Shown piece by piece: positions 11,315 through 24,472 of a DNA stretch of 64,000 nucleotides. This stretch comes from Rhodosorus marinus CCMP1338. Its lineage: Eukaryota > Plantae > Rhodophyta. The stretch covers positions 1,736,001 to 1,800,000 of the forward strand of contig JAMWBK010000002.1 of NCBI GenBank assembly GCA_029953675.1, written 5' to 3'. The first letter of the stretch is position 1, and the number at the start of each line of letters is the position of its first letter. The position numbers and the translations under genes were made by a program. The notes below the pieces were generated by a model that was not told the DNA's origin, did no database searches, and saw only the letters and a list, made by a program, of their open reading frames with translations.

Positions 11315-14300
11315 TCAAGAATCCAAAATTCTCACGTACAGAGCCCTGACACTAGACGGTAAATATTTCCCCCACTCGCTGAGCAATTCGTTTGCACCGG
11401 GACTCTGCCCAGCAGGAATGTTGCCTCTGAGCGTTTCGCGAAACCCTAGGAGTATCTCCCGAACTCGCTGATTCTCAGAATCGTGACCAATTTCCTTCAG
11501 TTCGCCGAGGTGTCGACGAAACTTGGCGTACTCGTTCTCACCCAGGGACATCCTTGTAGCTTTCAGAAGCCCGAGGACACCGGTGTTCCCACTACTAACC
11601 TTACTGAGGAGAAATCCGGTGACGAACCTCCTGTAATCATCTTTAAGATTGCTTGGTATAAACTGCAATAAATCTGCTCATTGGGAAGTGAAGAGAAAAA
11701 GCCGGAAACAGGTGCTCGTCAGGGCCTTGAAGCATTGCAAGGCTATGATCCATTTGTTCATCTCGCATGCGAAAAGGGGGCCCTACTATTGAGGATCAAT
11801 ATTCCATTCTCTGAGCTTCCGAAAAGACAATGAAGCTCACGCAAACAGGTCCGTACTTGTGCATGGTGCAGGTCTTTGCCTGTCTTTCTCAGGGTGCTCA
11901 CCCGCTTGGTTTCTCGGAGCAGCGCAAAAAAACTTTTGTACTTATCCGGACCTAATTCTCGCCTGATCATTGGCAGAAGATCCTGCACATGCTTGATCTG
12001 ACCTTGGTGTGCCCTGCTCTCCTTTGACTCCGTGACCGTTGCCTGCTGCTGGATGGCTTCCAGAAAGCCCTCAACCTTACATTTTGACCTCATTCGCTTG
12101 TTTTCAGCTGTTTCTCTCTCCTCAAGATCCCGTTTTCTCTGGAGAGTGAAAGGTGCCTGGTCGGCGCTGCGGAAAAAATGCACAAGTGACCTCTGGGTAA
12201 CCCCAAAGCTGTTCCACGCCGAAAAGTGTGGCCGTAGCCAAGAGGAAAACCTAGCTCGTGATTTCTCATCGAGAAATCTCTGATCGCACAAGAGAATAGC
12301 TCCATAATCGTTTCGGTGGCGAATGGCTCTTCCGACAGCCTGATTCACAGCTCTGAAAGCATTCTGCACATACCATTCCGACCCCGCCCGTTTCCCCCTT
12401 CGCCTCTCTAGATAGTCGCGCTTAAGGGAAACCTGATTGTGCCCACAGAGCAAACTGGTTGAGCGAAATACTCACAACATGCAAAATGATCTGGACGGAT
12501 TCGCAAGGCAACAAGGCTAGATCTGTCCGCCACAAGCTTACCTTCGGATCATTGAGAGTTGGATAAGGGATTCCGACCACAATCACACCGCGTGCAAGGC
12601 TGTCAGAGAAATCTAACCCTTCGCTTGTTTTCCCTCGACAAACAGCGAGTAGAATACTACCTCCCCTATCGCGAACATTGCTCTGATGCAGTTCAAGGGC
12701 CGCGTTAAATGAGCTGGAGTCCCTCGGTTCCAGCACGATTGGTTTCCTCCTATTCAGGCGCTCATAGAGCGACTCCTTTTCACCAATTGCACGTCTTCGC
12801 CATAGGGAAACCGACTTTCCAAGGATGTTATAGGACGAAAAGAACACGAGAATCCCTTCCGGAACAACTTGCGCTAATTCGAGTTAAGCGACAGCCACGA
12901 CAACCATGAGTAAGCAATCAAACTTTGTCACGCAGTTGTTGAAGCGTAAGGACAATGCTCAAGCCACAGCGGAACAAGCGGCCCAGATCCTACGGAGAAT
13001 CACGGGTCTGTGATTCTCCGCACGGGCCGGTGACAAAAAAAATGTTTTTATCGCAGCAAGGTACGCACCAAAGTTCATTATCGAAGATCCCAACTCGGCA
13101 AGATAGTCTTCAGAGTCCCTGTTCTTATACGACGAATTCAGGAAAACTCCTCGAGGGCCGCGCGGAACGCATGTCATCAGGGCTTGCCCCGTGCCTACGA
13201 CATGCGAATTTTCAAGCTTGACTTGAAAAGGGATGCCCATCTCCTTTTCAGTACCATCCAAAGGAGCGAGAGTGCCACTAGTCATCAGTATCGAACGGAC
13301 TCCTTTCCTCAGTATACTGTTCATCGATATTGCTGGGTTCATGCACCAAAGGGAAAGCGTTCGATTCCCCTTCTGATTGAACGATGGAAAATGCTGCCGC
13401 AAGGTACCAGGGTCGTTCTTTTCGGGCTCTATGCACACGCAAACACGGAAATCCTCGCGGAGAATTTCGGGTTCCAGATCAGAAGCAGTAGTAAGAGCCT
13501 CTGCCAGAGCGGTTAAGCCCGGAGCGTATTGACCTAAACAATCCGAGGAAGGGTTTGATCAGAGCGGTGGTCGGAAAACGAACTTGCTGATTTCATGTCA
13601 TCCTCTATACCAAGGCTGGAATCGTTCAGCAAATACTGACGGGCTGCTTCGACCTCGGATAGAACACCCTTCTCCTTGCCTGTTGCAACACTGGATTGAT
13701 CAAAGATCCTCAGGATCGCGTCTCCCATGCCCGAGAAGTACGTGCCTGCCTTAATTTCGACGTCTTTCACTCGCCCTTCAAGCGCTTGAAGGAAATTTCT
13801 AAGGAGCTCCGTATTGACTTGACTTTGCTCTCCGGTTCCTGCTCCGAAGGTCATCCTGTCAGGTTCATTCTCAATCCTTTGAATTTCCCGAAGGCAGGCT
13901 TCGCGGTGGTGCGACGTTAAGTCAAAACTCCGTGCTTCCATGCAGACAGAGTCCAGGTTATGAGCCTCATCAAAAATGACGATGTCCTTGTTCCAGTCAA
14001 TGTCCAGCCGATCCCTCGCGGCTGAGTCTACCACATAATTGTACGGCATGAGTATCAGATCCGCACTTTCGCGGGCATTCCTCGCAAGATAGTATGGACA
14101 GGCTCCTCGAATTCCTGCTATTCGCACCAAATCCTCAATATCAACAGGTGTCTTCACCACCCTCTGAACAAGCTCATCCTTCCGCGAGTCTAGTTCATTC
14201 TTGTGCATACACTTGTGGTTGGCTACGTATTGCGAGCACATTGCGTTCTGTGCACCAGTTGGAGCTTTGGAGACCTCTGGATGGATACAGAGTTGGGACC

Positions 14301-14745
14301 GAGAGCCAAGGACGGTCATCTTCGTCCTATACTTAGTTCGCTTTAACTCCCGCACAACTTGGGTCAATTGGCTATGCGTTCGGGAAGTGTAGATGATACG
14401 CGGGCCTGTTTTTGTAGTATTAATATCCCCTGCGTCAACTGCTGATTTGATCGTTACAAGACTAGAGCCTCCTTGCTCACCGCCTGTATGATCCAAACCC
14501 GAGGACAGACTCTGGCAAGCACGATCACCACGATCGCTTTTTGACAATGACGAAACGAAGGACGCGCGCCAAGCGAGGACTGCGCACAGTAAGCAAAGGG
14601 TTTTCCCCGTTCCGGTAGGGCTCTCGAGAAGCGCGTTACTTCCCATTTGAAGCGCCTGTACAACATGCTCCATGTACACCTTCTGGCACTCATAAGGGGT
14701 GAACGGGAAATTCACATCAAGACCGGAAACGTTAATCATAACCAT
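11315..14745 (-). CDS. RTEL1: RTEL1-like XPD-family Fe-S DNA helicase; approx. complement(join(11315..11673,11787..12432,12542..12873,13069..13533,13584..14745))
   Basis: Motifs seen: FPFTPYECQ, Walker A LESPTGTGKT, IIYTSRTHSQLTQV, Fe-S cysteines (LCIHPEV..MC..C..CPYY), FDEAHN, SLWCMNP, TSGTLAPL, AVCRGKTSEGLDF, GIPYP and RAVNQAVGRAIRHRNDYGA. Two C-terminal helical repeats resemble harmonin-homology domains. All junctions are GT-AG and frame-compatible. Confidence 0.92.
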
Positions 14746-15589
14746 AGTTGGGCGCCTTCCCTTTGGTGTTCGAAGTTGCCAATTTAGCAGCGCTTGTTGA
14801 CACCTCGTGATTTCCACCCCAACCCTTTCCCGTCTAGAAGAACGCCGTCAGGGGCCAGATCTTAACCCGAGGCTTGCTTCTCAGCGAAGCCCATTTCTCA
14901 GTACAAAACGGAACTGGATCCAACTCCCCACTTTCCGCTACAAACCCCTGTTTCAACTTCCTCCAAACAATTTTGTCTCCTAAGAAACTCCAGCTACATG
15001 CGATCAGTCACACAATATAGGTCCCACTCCGCAACATTCTCAGACTCAGTGGCATCCACTTTTGACAGCTTCAAGCGTTGGCGGGAAATCCGTTTTCAAT
15101 CGTGTAGAGGTTTGTACAAATACTGACTTCGAAAGGTAGTAATAAAAACAATATCGAAAGGCTGTAATAAAAAAAATTTATCATAGTAGGGTAGACGAGC
15201 AGGAGTGGGGTTTTTTCCCATTTGCGTGGCAATGTATCTGCTCAAACACTATAAAAACAGTTGAAATCTCCGCCATTCTTCAAAAAAAAAAGGCGCAAAT
15301 TGGGCATGCCTAAAGCCCATATGGGATAATGTCATGTCAGAAGCTGACATATCGCTGTGATTCTTGGCTCTAAAGGAACTGCGGTGGGTTTACTGGCTTT
15401 ATTAGTGTTGCGTTGGCATAGCCTGAAAATGAACTAAGAACTAGGTAGGGAAGCGTGCAAACTAGCATGCCTGAAGTTGCACGCTGAGCGCAAAAGGGAG
15501 CTAGGACTGTCACTGAAATTGGTCTGGTCCCAAGATTTTCCACGTGGTGTCATGAGGGCCTAGAGACCCGGAACCTTTAGTATCAACCC

Positions 15590-15665
15590 CGTAGCCTTTA
15601 TTCGGCAGCTACCTACCGACCGCAGCACAGTCAATACTCTGAGTGCCTTCTAAACAAACCCAAAC
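15590..15665. repeat. Dispersed repeat shared with 4061-4130
   Basis: TAGCCTTT(A/G)TTCGGCAGCTACCTACCG..CGCAGC(A/G)CA...TCTAAACA occurs at both about 4062 and 15592. Confidence 0.85.
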
Positions 15666-16499
15666 CCGTGTCCACCCAGGACACTGGCACCCAAAAGCGC
15701 CAGGACGTGGGGAACATAGTACGGAGAACCCCAGCGCCTACAGTGTACGACCGAAAACGCTCTGGGAAAAAGAACATCGTGCCTCGTATTTACAGCCAAC
15801 CTGGCGTTACCGTACCAAAACTTTCAGTAAGTCCAGCCCTCGCCAAGCCCAACGCCTCCTTATACCGCTCGAGATGTTGCGAAATTCAATGAGAAGCGCT
15901 GAGCGAGCTTGCTGGGAGGCGGACAAATTTTCCTGTTCAACGAGACGAGCCTACTGTAAGAACGCAGGCTATGAAATGAACACACCCTTTGGCACTGTTC
16001 AATTATTCCGATCCCCACCGAATTCCTCGCGTGCAGCTCCACCCTACATTCTTGTTTTCGGACGATGGCGTTGCGCAACAGCACGGGTCGCACGGAGGAA
16101 CTTGATATTCAAAGTCTGCCTCTTCAAAAGCCGACCTCTCAGTCAGTTTCGACAACCTGTCCTTATATCTAGTTTGGTTTTACTAGCCTAGATTTCAGTC
16201 TACGTGTGAATGGAGGCGTGTGATTTGGGCATTGCTCAATTTCTGCAGGTGGTTCTGGGCATATACTCGAGAAGCCTTCAGGTTAGGGAAACTCGATATG
16301 GATATCAGCACTCTTGCGTGAGGAGAGATCAATCGCAATCCTCCAAACTGGTGTGCAAATAGCGGTGGGACAAACTCTCTAGGATCAGGCTGAAGGCGGG
16401 TTTAAACCGTCCATCGGCATCGACTCTCGATGTTCGAAAAAATTGTGTTCTGACGTTACCGCGCTTCCCTCTAGAGTGAGAAGGGATGCTGCATGAGGG

Positions 16500-16985
16500 C
16501 CACTGTTCCAGACCGATATCGCGGTGTCTTAAGACGAAGGGAGAGTTATTACCAAACATGATAGTGCCTTTTCAAGGGGGCGCGAGGCTGGACGTCGCGG
16601 AGTGTGTTGGTGAGTCCCACTCTTCTCAGCGATGCACAGCGAATTCGAGCCTCCGTAAAGAGTTTCAGAAAGTGGCATGTCGCGAAGGAGTGAACGGGCT
16701 GGGAGGTTGTGGAGAATCGGTCAGCAAGCGCTTGTATGTGTGTTGTTCGTGCTTCGGCACTAGCACATCGCTTGGTACCCCTGATCATTGAGTGCTTTGG
16801 GTTCATGGACTCTGTTGGTTCTCGCTGGCTTCGGGAGTTGTTCCGCGAACGCCCTGACCGTCTTCAATCGTTGTTTACCCGCTTAAGTTTCCTGCTGTGG
16901 CGCATGAATGCCGCTTTGATGTTGGAGGCGCGAGTACTTCGCCGCGCTTAGTCTTTTTTTCCCCTCGGGGTTTTTTTTTTTTTTC
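16500..16985 (+). mobile_element. 3' fragment of an RLE-type (CRE-like) non-LTR retrotransposon
   Basis: Reads PNMIVPFQGGARLDVA, then HRLVPLIIECFGFM...RLSFLLWRMNAALMLEAR-stop, followed by CCCCT and a T run. The LW-x2-NA terminus and T-rich tail match the 4236-4661 copy. Confidence 0.65.
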
Positions 16986-18038
16986 AGCCTCCGATTAAAC
17001 CATTCATTCATGTATGTGCGTGCGAAGATTGAGGACATGACCAAAACAGGGTTCGCTTGCTGAGCTTCAGGGCTGAATTTTTTTTCGCTATGCGAGAAGA
17101 TTGACATTCAGTCATTTCAGATCCACGTATCACTAACCACACGTACCGATGAGTTTCTGAAGTTTTGTCAACAAAAGGAATAACCCCCAAATCCCCGAAC
17201 CCGCAAAAAAAAATCAAGACCCTCCGGTTGTGAACCCCTGACAAGGATGTTTTGTTTGGCCGTAAAAAATCGCAATTTACCCTCCGCGAACTCGCAGAAG
17301 CGATTATGCCTCATAATACCAGACTAATACAAGGCTCTAAAATCGCAGAATCGAGACCCTCCTGGAGCGTGGTGTTGCGTAACCCCCGCAATATGCATCC
17401 TGAGGAATTGACCCAAATTTTATATCGAGCGGTACTCACACCCCCCCTCCTTGGAAGTGCACTAGCCCCAGCCTTCAATCTGGGCAGGGGTCAACGCCAA
17501 CGGCTGAGAGATACTATAGTTTTCTAGTTTTTAGGAACTATTCCAATCTTGCTTTTGTTGTTTTTAAGTATGGAAACATAGAAATTGGGATAGTAGGACA
17601 AATCAATTGGAATTCATGAACGAAAAACTAACCCGTTAACAGGATCTCACATATGGCCGAAAAACTTCATCATAACAAGAGCTGAGCTTGAGGATTTCTT
17701 CCAATTCAGAACACCCCTGCAAATTTTGTACACTCCAACAACTTATCCTCGGGTTTTCTTTTTGCAAAAAAGAGGATACTTAGGGAAAGGATTGAAGTAA
17801 GGGGGGGTTGCTTGGAAGGCTAGTCAAGAATTCTTGGTGGGGAAGCATTGTGGGGTCTCTGTTGCAGATACCATATAACAAAACAGCTTTCGAGCAGAAG
17901 ATCGAAGACTGGGGCTCCTTCAAAAGCTGAGTGGGGAGTTTGTGAGAGCGTTCTGCTTGCCAGGTTGATAAGAGATCTGTCAGGAGAAGTGAGGAAAGGT
18001 ACGCGAAGGCTAGGTTTCTTAAGCAACAGAGTGATATA

Positions 18039-19363
18039 ATGGCATTCGTTGGATCTGTGTCAGCGGCGAAACTTGGGTTTTCGTCCGCGATCTCCCAACG
18101 CGTTGGTCGCGATCGGTATGCGAAGAGAACCTCAAGGGCTTCTATGGGTCTTGCGATAAATCTGAAGGGTGGAGTTGAGACCTTCGCAGATGAGCTGGTT
18201 GAAACTGCTAACAAGATCGCATCGCCTGGTCATGGAATTCTGGCCGTTGATGAATCTACGAAGACGATTGGTAAGAGATTGGCGTCCATTGGTGTAGAAA
18301 ACACAGAGGAAAACAGGCAGGGATACCGCCAGCTTCTGTTCAACTGCCCTGGGCTGGGAGAGTACATTTCTGGCGCAATTCTTTTCGAAGAGACTCTGTA
18401 CCAATCCAGTACTGATGGCACTCCGTTTGTCGATTGCCTGAAGAGCGTCGGAGTTATTCCTGGAATCAAGGTGGACAAAGGTCTCTCGCCTCTAGGTGGA
18501 GCCGAATCATTTGAAACCTGGTGCACGGGTTTGGACGGACTCTCTGAGCGAGCAGCAGCTTACTACAAGCAAGGCGCACGATTTGCCAAGTGGAGGGCTG
18601 TACTTCAGATATCCAACAGCACTCCATCGAAACTTTCAATCGATGAAAACGCGTGGGGCCTCGCTCGATACGCGAAGACAGTTCAAGATCAAGGTCTCGT
18701 CCCAATCATCGAACCAGAGATTCTTATGGACGGAGATCATAGCATTGAACGCACTGCCGAGGTTCAGGAGGAGGTTCTTGCAACGGTCTACAAGTAAGTG
18801 TCACTGTACCAGAATCTTTGCCGGACTGTTTCCGTATGATCCGCAAGTAATAGTTGTGCCTCAGTGCCCTACGTTCAGGACTCATTGTATGCTATGGTTC
18901 TATTTTGTTCTTTAGGTTCTGCGACTTAAACGGCGTTTTCCTTGAGGGTTCTTTGTTGAAACCGAACATGACCGTACCTGGTGCTGAGTTCTCAGGCACC
19001 ACCAGCCCTGAAGAAATTGGAGCCTACACCGTGCGCACATTGGAACGACAGGTGCCACCATCTGTTCCCGGAATCATGTTTTTGTCCGGTGGAATGTCAG
19101 AGGAAGAGGCTTCTATCAACCTGAGCGTCATGAACAAAGCCCCGCGAAAGGGACCGTGGTCACTGTCGTTCTCCTACGGCAGGGCTCTCCAGCAAAGTTG
19201 CCTTAAGACCTGGCTTGGAAAGGAAGAAAACGTTGAGGCAGCCCAAGAGGCACTCCTTGCCCGTGCCAGAGCTAACTCTCAGGCAAACCTTGGCAAGTAC
19301 GCACCAGGGTCGGAGAAGTCACTTGATGCCCAGGGAACGTTTGAGAAGGGTTACAAGTACTAA
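18039..19363 (+). CDS. FBA: Plastid-targeted class I fructose-bisphosphate aldolase; join(18039..18793,18916..19363)
   Basis: MAFV transit peptide, then [28 protein letters not shown], the Schiff-base motif [13 protein letters not shown] and SFSYGRALQ, ending in a C-terminal Tyr. One 122-nt GT-AG intron. Confidence 0.97.
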
Positions 19364-19699
19364 GTCGAGAAGATCTCCGATCGAGCACGATAAGAGATTG
19401 ATATTGTCTAGTTGACCCTTGGAGATTTGAGCGGGATACGAGCGTGACCTCAAGGACATAAACGTTTTTATAAAGAGAAGGATTTGTTTTTCATGGGTTG
19501 GCATCGAGAGTTCGAGACCACCACTTGGCTAAATCAATGGATGACCGAAACCGTTTGGGTCTGCTTGCGCTACTCTCCCATGTGGCCGCCCATAGACAAG
19601 GTACAAGGACAACGAAAACACGGTAGTCTTCAAGTTTACTTCCAGCAGACAGATGGCTCGACGAAAGCGAGCAACTTGTGGGGCGTAAGTAGCGTCTCA

Positions 19700-20466
19700 T
19701 CATGCGAGGAACTCGACTCCTTTGGCAAGGGCCGCGAATACTTTGTATCCACCTTCTCCCCAGTAACCACACTCTTTGACGCTCGGGCGAACGCGCATGT
19801 TCGAGACGAACCTGAACAGATTGGGGTACTCTTCAGGAGCGAGCTTGAGCAGGAGGAACTGCGAATTGAAGAATGGGAACAATACGAAGTCTGCGAGAGA
19901 GATATCACCGACAAGATAATCCTTTCCATCCAGGATTTTCTCCCAAACGTTCAGCTCCTGCTTGAGTTTCTGCACGGTTGGAAACAATCGAATATCAGAA
20001 TACAGTGACTGGTTGAGATCGGGCAATCTTTCAAGTCAGATTATAAAGCTGGCCTTTCACGAGCCAATCGTACCGCGATTCGTGGTGCGAGGCTCTCCTT
20101 TGTGCCACCTCCAAATAGGGCAGTCCCAGCAATTGCGTTCGGATTGAGTTTCTCGTGGTATTGCGCGATGTAGCTGAGACATTCGCCGAGCTCCTTTTTG
20201 GACGTAGGCAGCAGTGACTTCTTCCCGACGCCGTAAAGTTGCTGCAAGTACATCACGCAGGCAACCGACTCAGTGATGACACTATCGTCATCCTTAAGAC
20301 TGGGTACTTGCTTTCTCCAGTTGACAGCACCATAATCGTCTTGCTTATGATGTCCTTTCATTAGGTCCACAATCTCAACTTCATATTCGAGCTCCAGTTC
20401 CCTCAGCACTGTTTCAACTCGCAAGCAGTTGTCACTTGGATAAAATGTGTAGAGAGTGATACCCAT
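19700..20466 (-). CDS. GST: Glutathione S-transferase (theta/phi-like); complement(join(19700..19969,20074..20466))
   Basis: N-domain VDLMKGHHKQDDYGAVNWRKQVPSLKDDDSVITESVACVMYL. C-domain YLVGDISLADF and YPNLFRFVSNMRVRPS. One 104-nt phase-0 intron. Confidence 0.93.
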
Positions 20467-23065
20467 CGCGGATCTTTAGTCTCGTTAAGTTATCTAACCG
20501 CACGCAGCCAAGCTTGGTCCTACACGTTCAGCTCGGCTGCTCGCAACTCCAATGCGCTCCAGCTGTTAAGCACCTCTGTTTATATCCTTAAGAGGATAAG
20601 TTGGACTTGTGCACCGCGGCCCGCCATTGGCTCTATGAATCGTTCTAAGTGTCGTTGCCGTTTTCCAAGAGAGCAATTCCTTCCTTTACCAGATCAGCAA
20701 ACCGAGCCATTGTAAAAGGACTTGTTTTGCTCGAGCGTTTTTATCTGTCTGGCAAGATGTGGTACGATTGAGACCTTCTCAAATGGAAAATTTCGGTTTC
20801 AGGTATTGCATATCAGCACGGCATACCACTATCTATGCTGTGATAGACCCGAATCTATCGATCAAAATTGCCATCTCTCAGCTAATCAGATGCAAGTGCT
20901 TTTTCAGCGTAGAATCCTTCGTCGCAATTCGCACACCCGCACCTTCGGCTAGCAGGAACGGAGGATCGCCTATTGCGTGATGCCTATAATCTTTGGAAAA
21001 AGTACTCTACTTTCCGCACCCCCGGATTTGTCAAGATACGGACGTGCTGTTGCCTGCTGTGCGACTTTTTTGGCGCTGTCGTTGCGCAACGTGATCGTGG
21101 GTATGGTATTCCAAGGATCATCGCACAACCGTAAATTCGTCCCTGCTGGTTTGCCAACCAACATTCCAGAATCTACAGTGTTTAACCTGTAAGCCCAGGA
21201 CGATCCCTTCGACAGAAACTCTGCGGTATCCAGCATTGCTGTCCCCAGATAGCAAAACTATGTACTTTGCTCTCACACAGACGGAATTGAATAAGATCGT
21301 TCGCGTTGAGATGCCGTAGAAACTAGCTGAAAGCATGAGGGCATGGGAAGACCGCAGGTCAGAAGGCTTCCGTTTTTGATCAACGTTTAGCCCGAGCTTC
21401 ACGGAACTTGTTTGATGAAGAGTTGTATATTGAGTCTACACTATGAGCGCGCAAAGCATCATCGGCCAGAAGAACTCTGCAAGCGGTAGGGTGATTTCTG
21501 CAGTCCAGAACGGGGAAGTAATGAATTTACGGAAACTACCCTAGTTCTCGGGCACGATAATTCTCTAAGCGAAAAACGCGAACGTGGTTTGAAGCAAAGT
21601 TAACTGGTTGAACCCACGACACACCAAAATGCGGTCCAGCATGACTTTCCACGACAAGCAAAGAGTTTCTCGGTTCCATTGTCTGCAAGAAAACTCTGCT
21701 GGTCATGATGTTGAGCTTCGCCTTGGGGAGCCGCCTGACTTTCATGAGATGTCGGCAGGTGCATGAGAACGCAGCCTTTTCATTGCGTCCAACAGACAGA
21801 CCTTTCTGAACGACCAACGCGCTCCTGTCCACTGGATAACTAGATCTATTGAGCTGTGCGGTACGGTTTTTTAAACTAAACATCATTCGCTGGCGAACAT
21901 TCAGAACTGAAACTGCGCGATGGCCTTATGCACAACTATCTCAATCCCTTCCGCCGCCGACATCGTGGGTTGACACCGTGATCCTTCCAGACGCGAGGAT
22001 ATAGCTCCTATTACATCGATCTCGGTGAACGGCATATGAGCTAGCCCCGATAGTTTCATAGGGTTTGAATTCTCGCGCGAAGGTCATGAATCATAGCATA
22101 TGAAAAAGCAGAAAAGCAGAAAGCCCTCTCGAAGTCCACGGGCTACAAGCGAAATTCTCCAGACCTTCCGATTGTTCACCAGCCATGAAAGCGCTCAGGA
22201 GCCCATCTTGCCTCAGCGTTTCTCCAATGGCCCGCGCAGTACGTGCTATGGGAAATTGTGTAGCAGTGGCAAGGGTGCTTTTGCCGCCTCGAATATGACC
22301 TGCTAAAGCAAACGAAAAAAATTACGCTTACCAAAATCTCACTGATTCCCCGAGCGAATATGAAGTTCATAAAATACGTCCCCCGAAAGACTCAACCCTT
22401 ACCCTTGACGCAGCAACACCGCCTGTCGAAAGGGATTCTAAGAACGCAATGGACTCAAGAAAGCGCATGAACGTGAAAGCGATGGCCTCCCTAACAAATG
22501 CCCTATGCACTAACAGGTTGCCGTGGGACCAAGTCGACGGGAGAAAAGCGAGGGAAGTTAAGGGCTCGCAGCTCTAGCCTCGATCGTTGCTCACCGTTCT
22601 CGTGGATAGGCCTCTCAGATATATCGGTCGAGGACGCCGTGAAGGGTGAATGTGTAGTGTACATGAATGCGATTTTTGTAGAGGTGGTTCGATCGGAAAG
22701 AGTGCGCTGAGTTTGAAATCGACGCGAACGTGTGGTCGGAGAGGTGGTTTCTGCTGTCTGATATCGAATTGCAACGATCGGCCTAGAGTCAGCAGGTTGA
22801 GATCGGGAGTACGTTCAGTGGTGGAGTGGCGGAGAGTGTCGATCCTTTGTGTTGGCGTTCGGAATGGAAAACTAGCTCGACTGACTGTTGTCCGAGTTGG
22901 CTCATGTTTTAGATTTCCTTTCGAGAGTCGACATTTTGAATAGGGTTTAGGCAAGTCGATTTGCTTGAAAGGCTGCGGACTTGGGCAGTTCCAGTTTTCC
23001 GCATTGTAGAAGATATTGTCATTCTTGTGTTGGTGATACCACGAGTTCAGTCTAGACACTACAAA

Positions 23066-24121
23066 ATGGCGAAATTCATGGGAAAAGCTGTCGAGTTGAA
23101 ACAGATGTGGGAATTGGAACGAGTTGTTTTCAAGTACAGCTCCGATCATGTTGGAAGCCGACGGGCTCGGGCCTTTGTGGAGAAAGGCTTTTTGAACGAG
23201 TTTGCTGAGCAGAACCCACAACTGAGCGTAGTAACGGTTCCGTTTAGGAGAAAACCCAGAGTCATTGGCGAATATGGTATGCGAGGCATTCCGGTAATTT
23301 GTTTTAGTCTTCTGCTGGTTTCAATTCTCCTTGTCCAGAGTTCCACACCTCAACGCGAAGCGGGAAAGAAACGCACTCGGTGCAGGATTCAGAGAATCGA
23401 ACTAACGACCTAATCGCCCGTCCCCTGTTCTATTCTATTCCTTAGTTGGCGGATATCAACGCAAGATGCTGCTGAAGGAATTCGGGGACGAAGAAATACT
23501 CAGAACCCTGAATTATCTACGAGATGCCGGCAGCAGGTTAAGGCGAAAGCACAATCTCCTCACAAGGAATACTCTGAGTACGCGCCTGCGCACCGTCCAA
23601 GGACTATGGAAGGGAGGACCAGATCTGTGGAAGGACTCTGTCCCGAACACGACTATACGGGATGAAGATGAAAATTTTCAGCGCAAACTTTTCCGGAAAA
23701 TCAGTTCAGAAATCGGAAGGGAGGGAGTCCTGAAAGTACTGCGTGGCCTCAGGGCCAAGGAAACTCGCGCTAGCAAGAGGCTTATAGCCACAGAATCTGA
23801 CAAAATGGCTAAGCCATCTCGAGAGTCGCTCCGAACTTACTACACCGATGTGTACCTGCCCACGCTGCTTGAACGGGAGAAGAACGACCGGTTCCGGGTA
23901 AGCTGAAAATTGTTCACGGGATAAAAGCAAATGATGATCAGACTCTCCCAGCAGTTGACAGGATGTGTTTTTTCGTCTATTCCTGCAAAATTCAGGGTCA
24001 GCCAACCGCTAGTGCTTCAACGACAGCTGCTAGGAAACTGGCTAGTACTAAAGCTGCTTCCCGCGAAGGTCTCGAAGGCGACGAAGACGAGGACGAAGAC
24101 GAGGACGAAGACGAGGACGAA

Positions 24122-24159
<38 letters not shown>

Positions 24160-24472
24160 TGACGATGACGACCTTGACGACGACTTCGAAGCAGACGACG
24201 AGGAGGAAGAGGATGATAACGAGGAGGACGAAGAAGAAATTGCGGACGATGAGGACGATGACGATTTCGGATTCGATATTGGAAGCGCAGACGCAGATGA
24301 TGACGAAGAACAGGATGGCATCGGGGACGACGACAAGTGGGACTTTGACGAGCGATGGGATGAGGAGGACGAAAATGACGATGAAGATGAGGACCCAGGA
24401 AAAGACGAGAAAATTTTGGACTTGGACGACCTGGAAGGGGAGGAAGAAGGTTCTTCGGGGAAAACCAAGTAA
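23066..24472 (+). CDS. mL43: Mitochondrial ribosomal protein mL43-like (L51/S25/CI-B8 fold) with acidic C-terminal extension; join(23066..23276,23446..23897,23996..24472)
   Basis: Reads ELERVVFKYSSDHVGSRRARAFV...FAEQNPQL...KPRVIGEY/VGGYQRK...EEILRTLNYLR. The first intron has an ACTAAC branch point at 23401. A CGG|GTAAGC donor at 23898 and a TTCAG acceptor at 23995 join the D/E-rich exon in frame. Confidence 0.75.
24080..24157 (+). repeat. (GACGAR)n coding microsatellite encoding (DE)n
   Basis: Perfect GACGAA/GACGAG alternation seen directly. Confidence 0.95.

Noticed and set aside
15643-16191. 182-aa plus-strand ORF
   Set aside because: It starts at a non-ATG codon, has no recognisable motifs and overlaps repeat-derived sequence.
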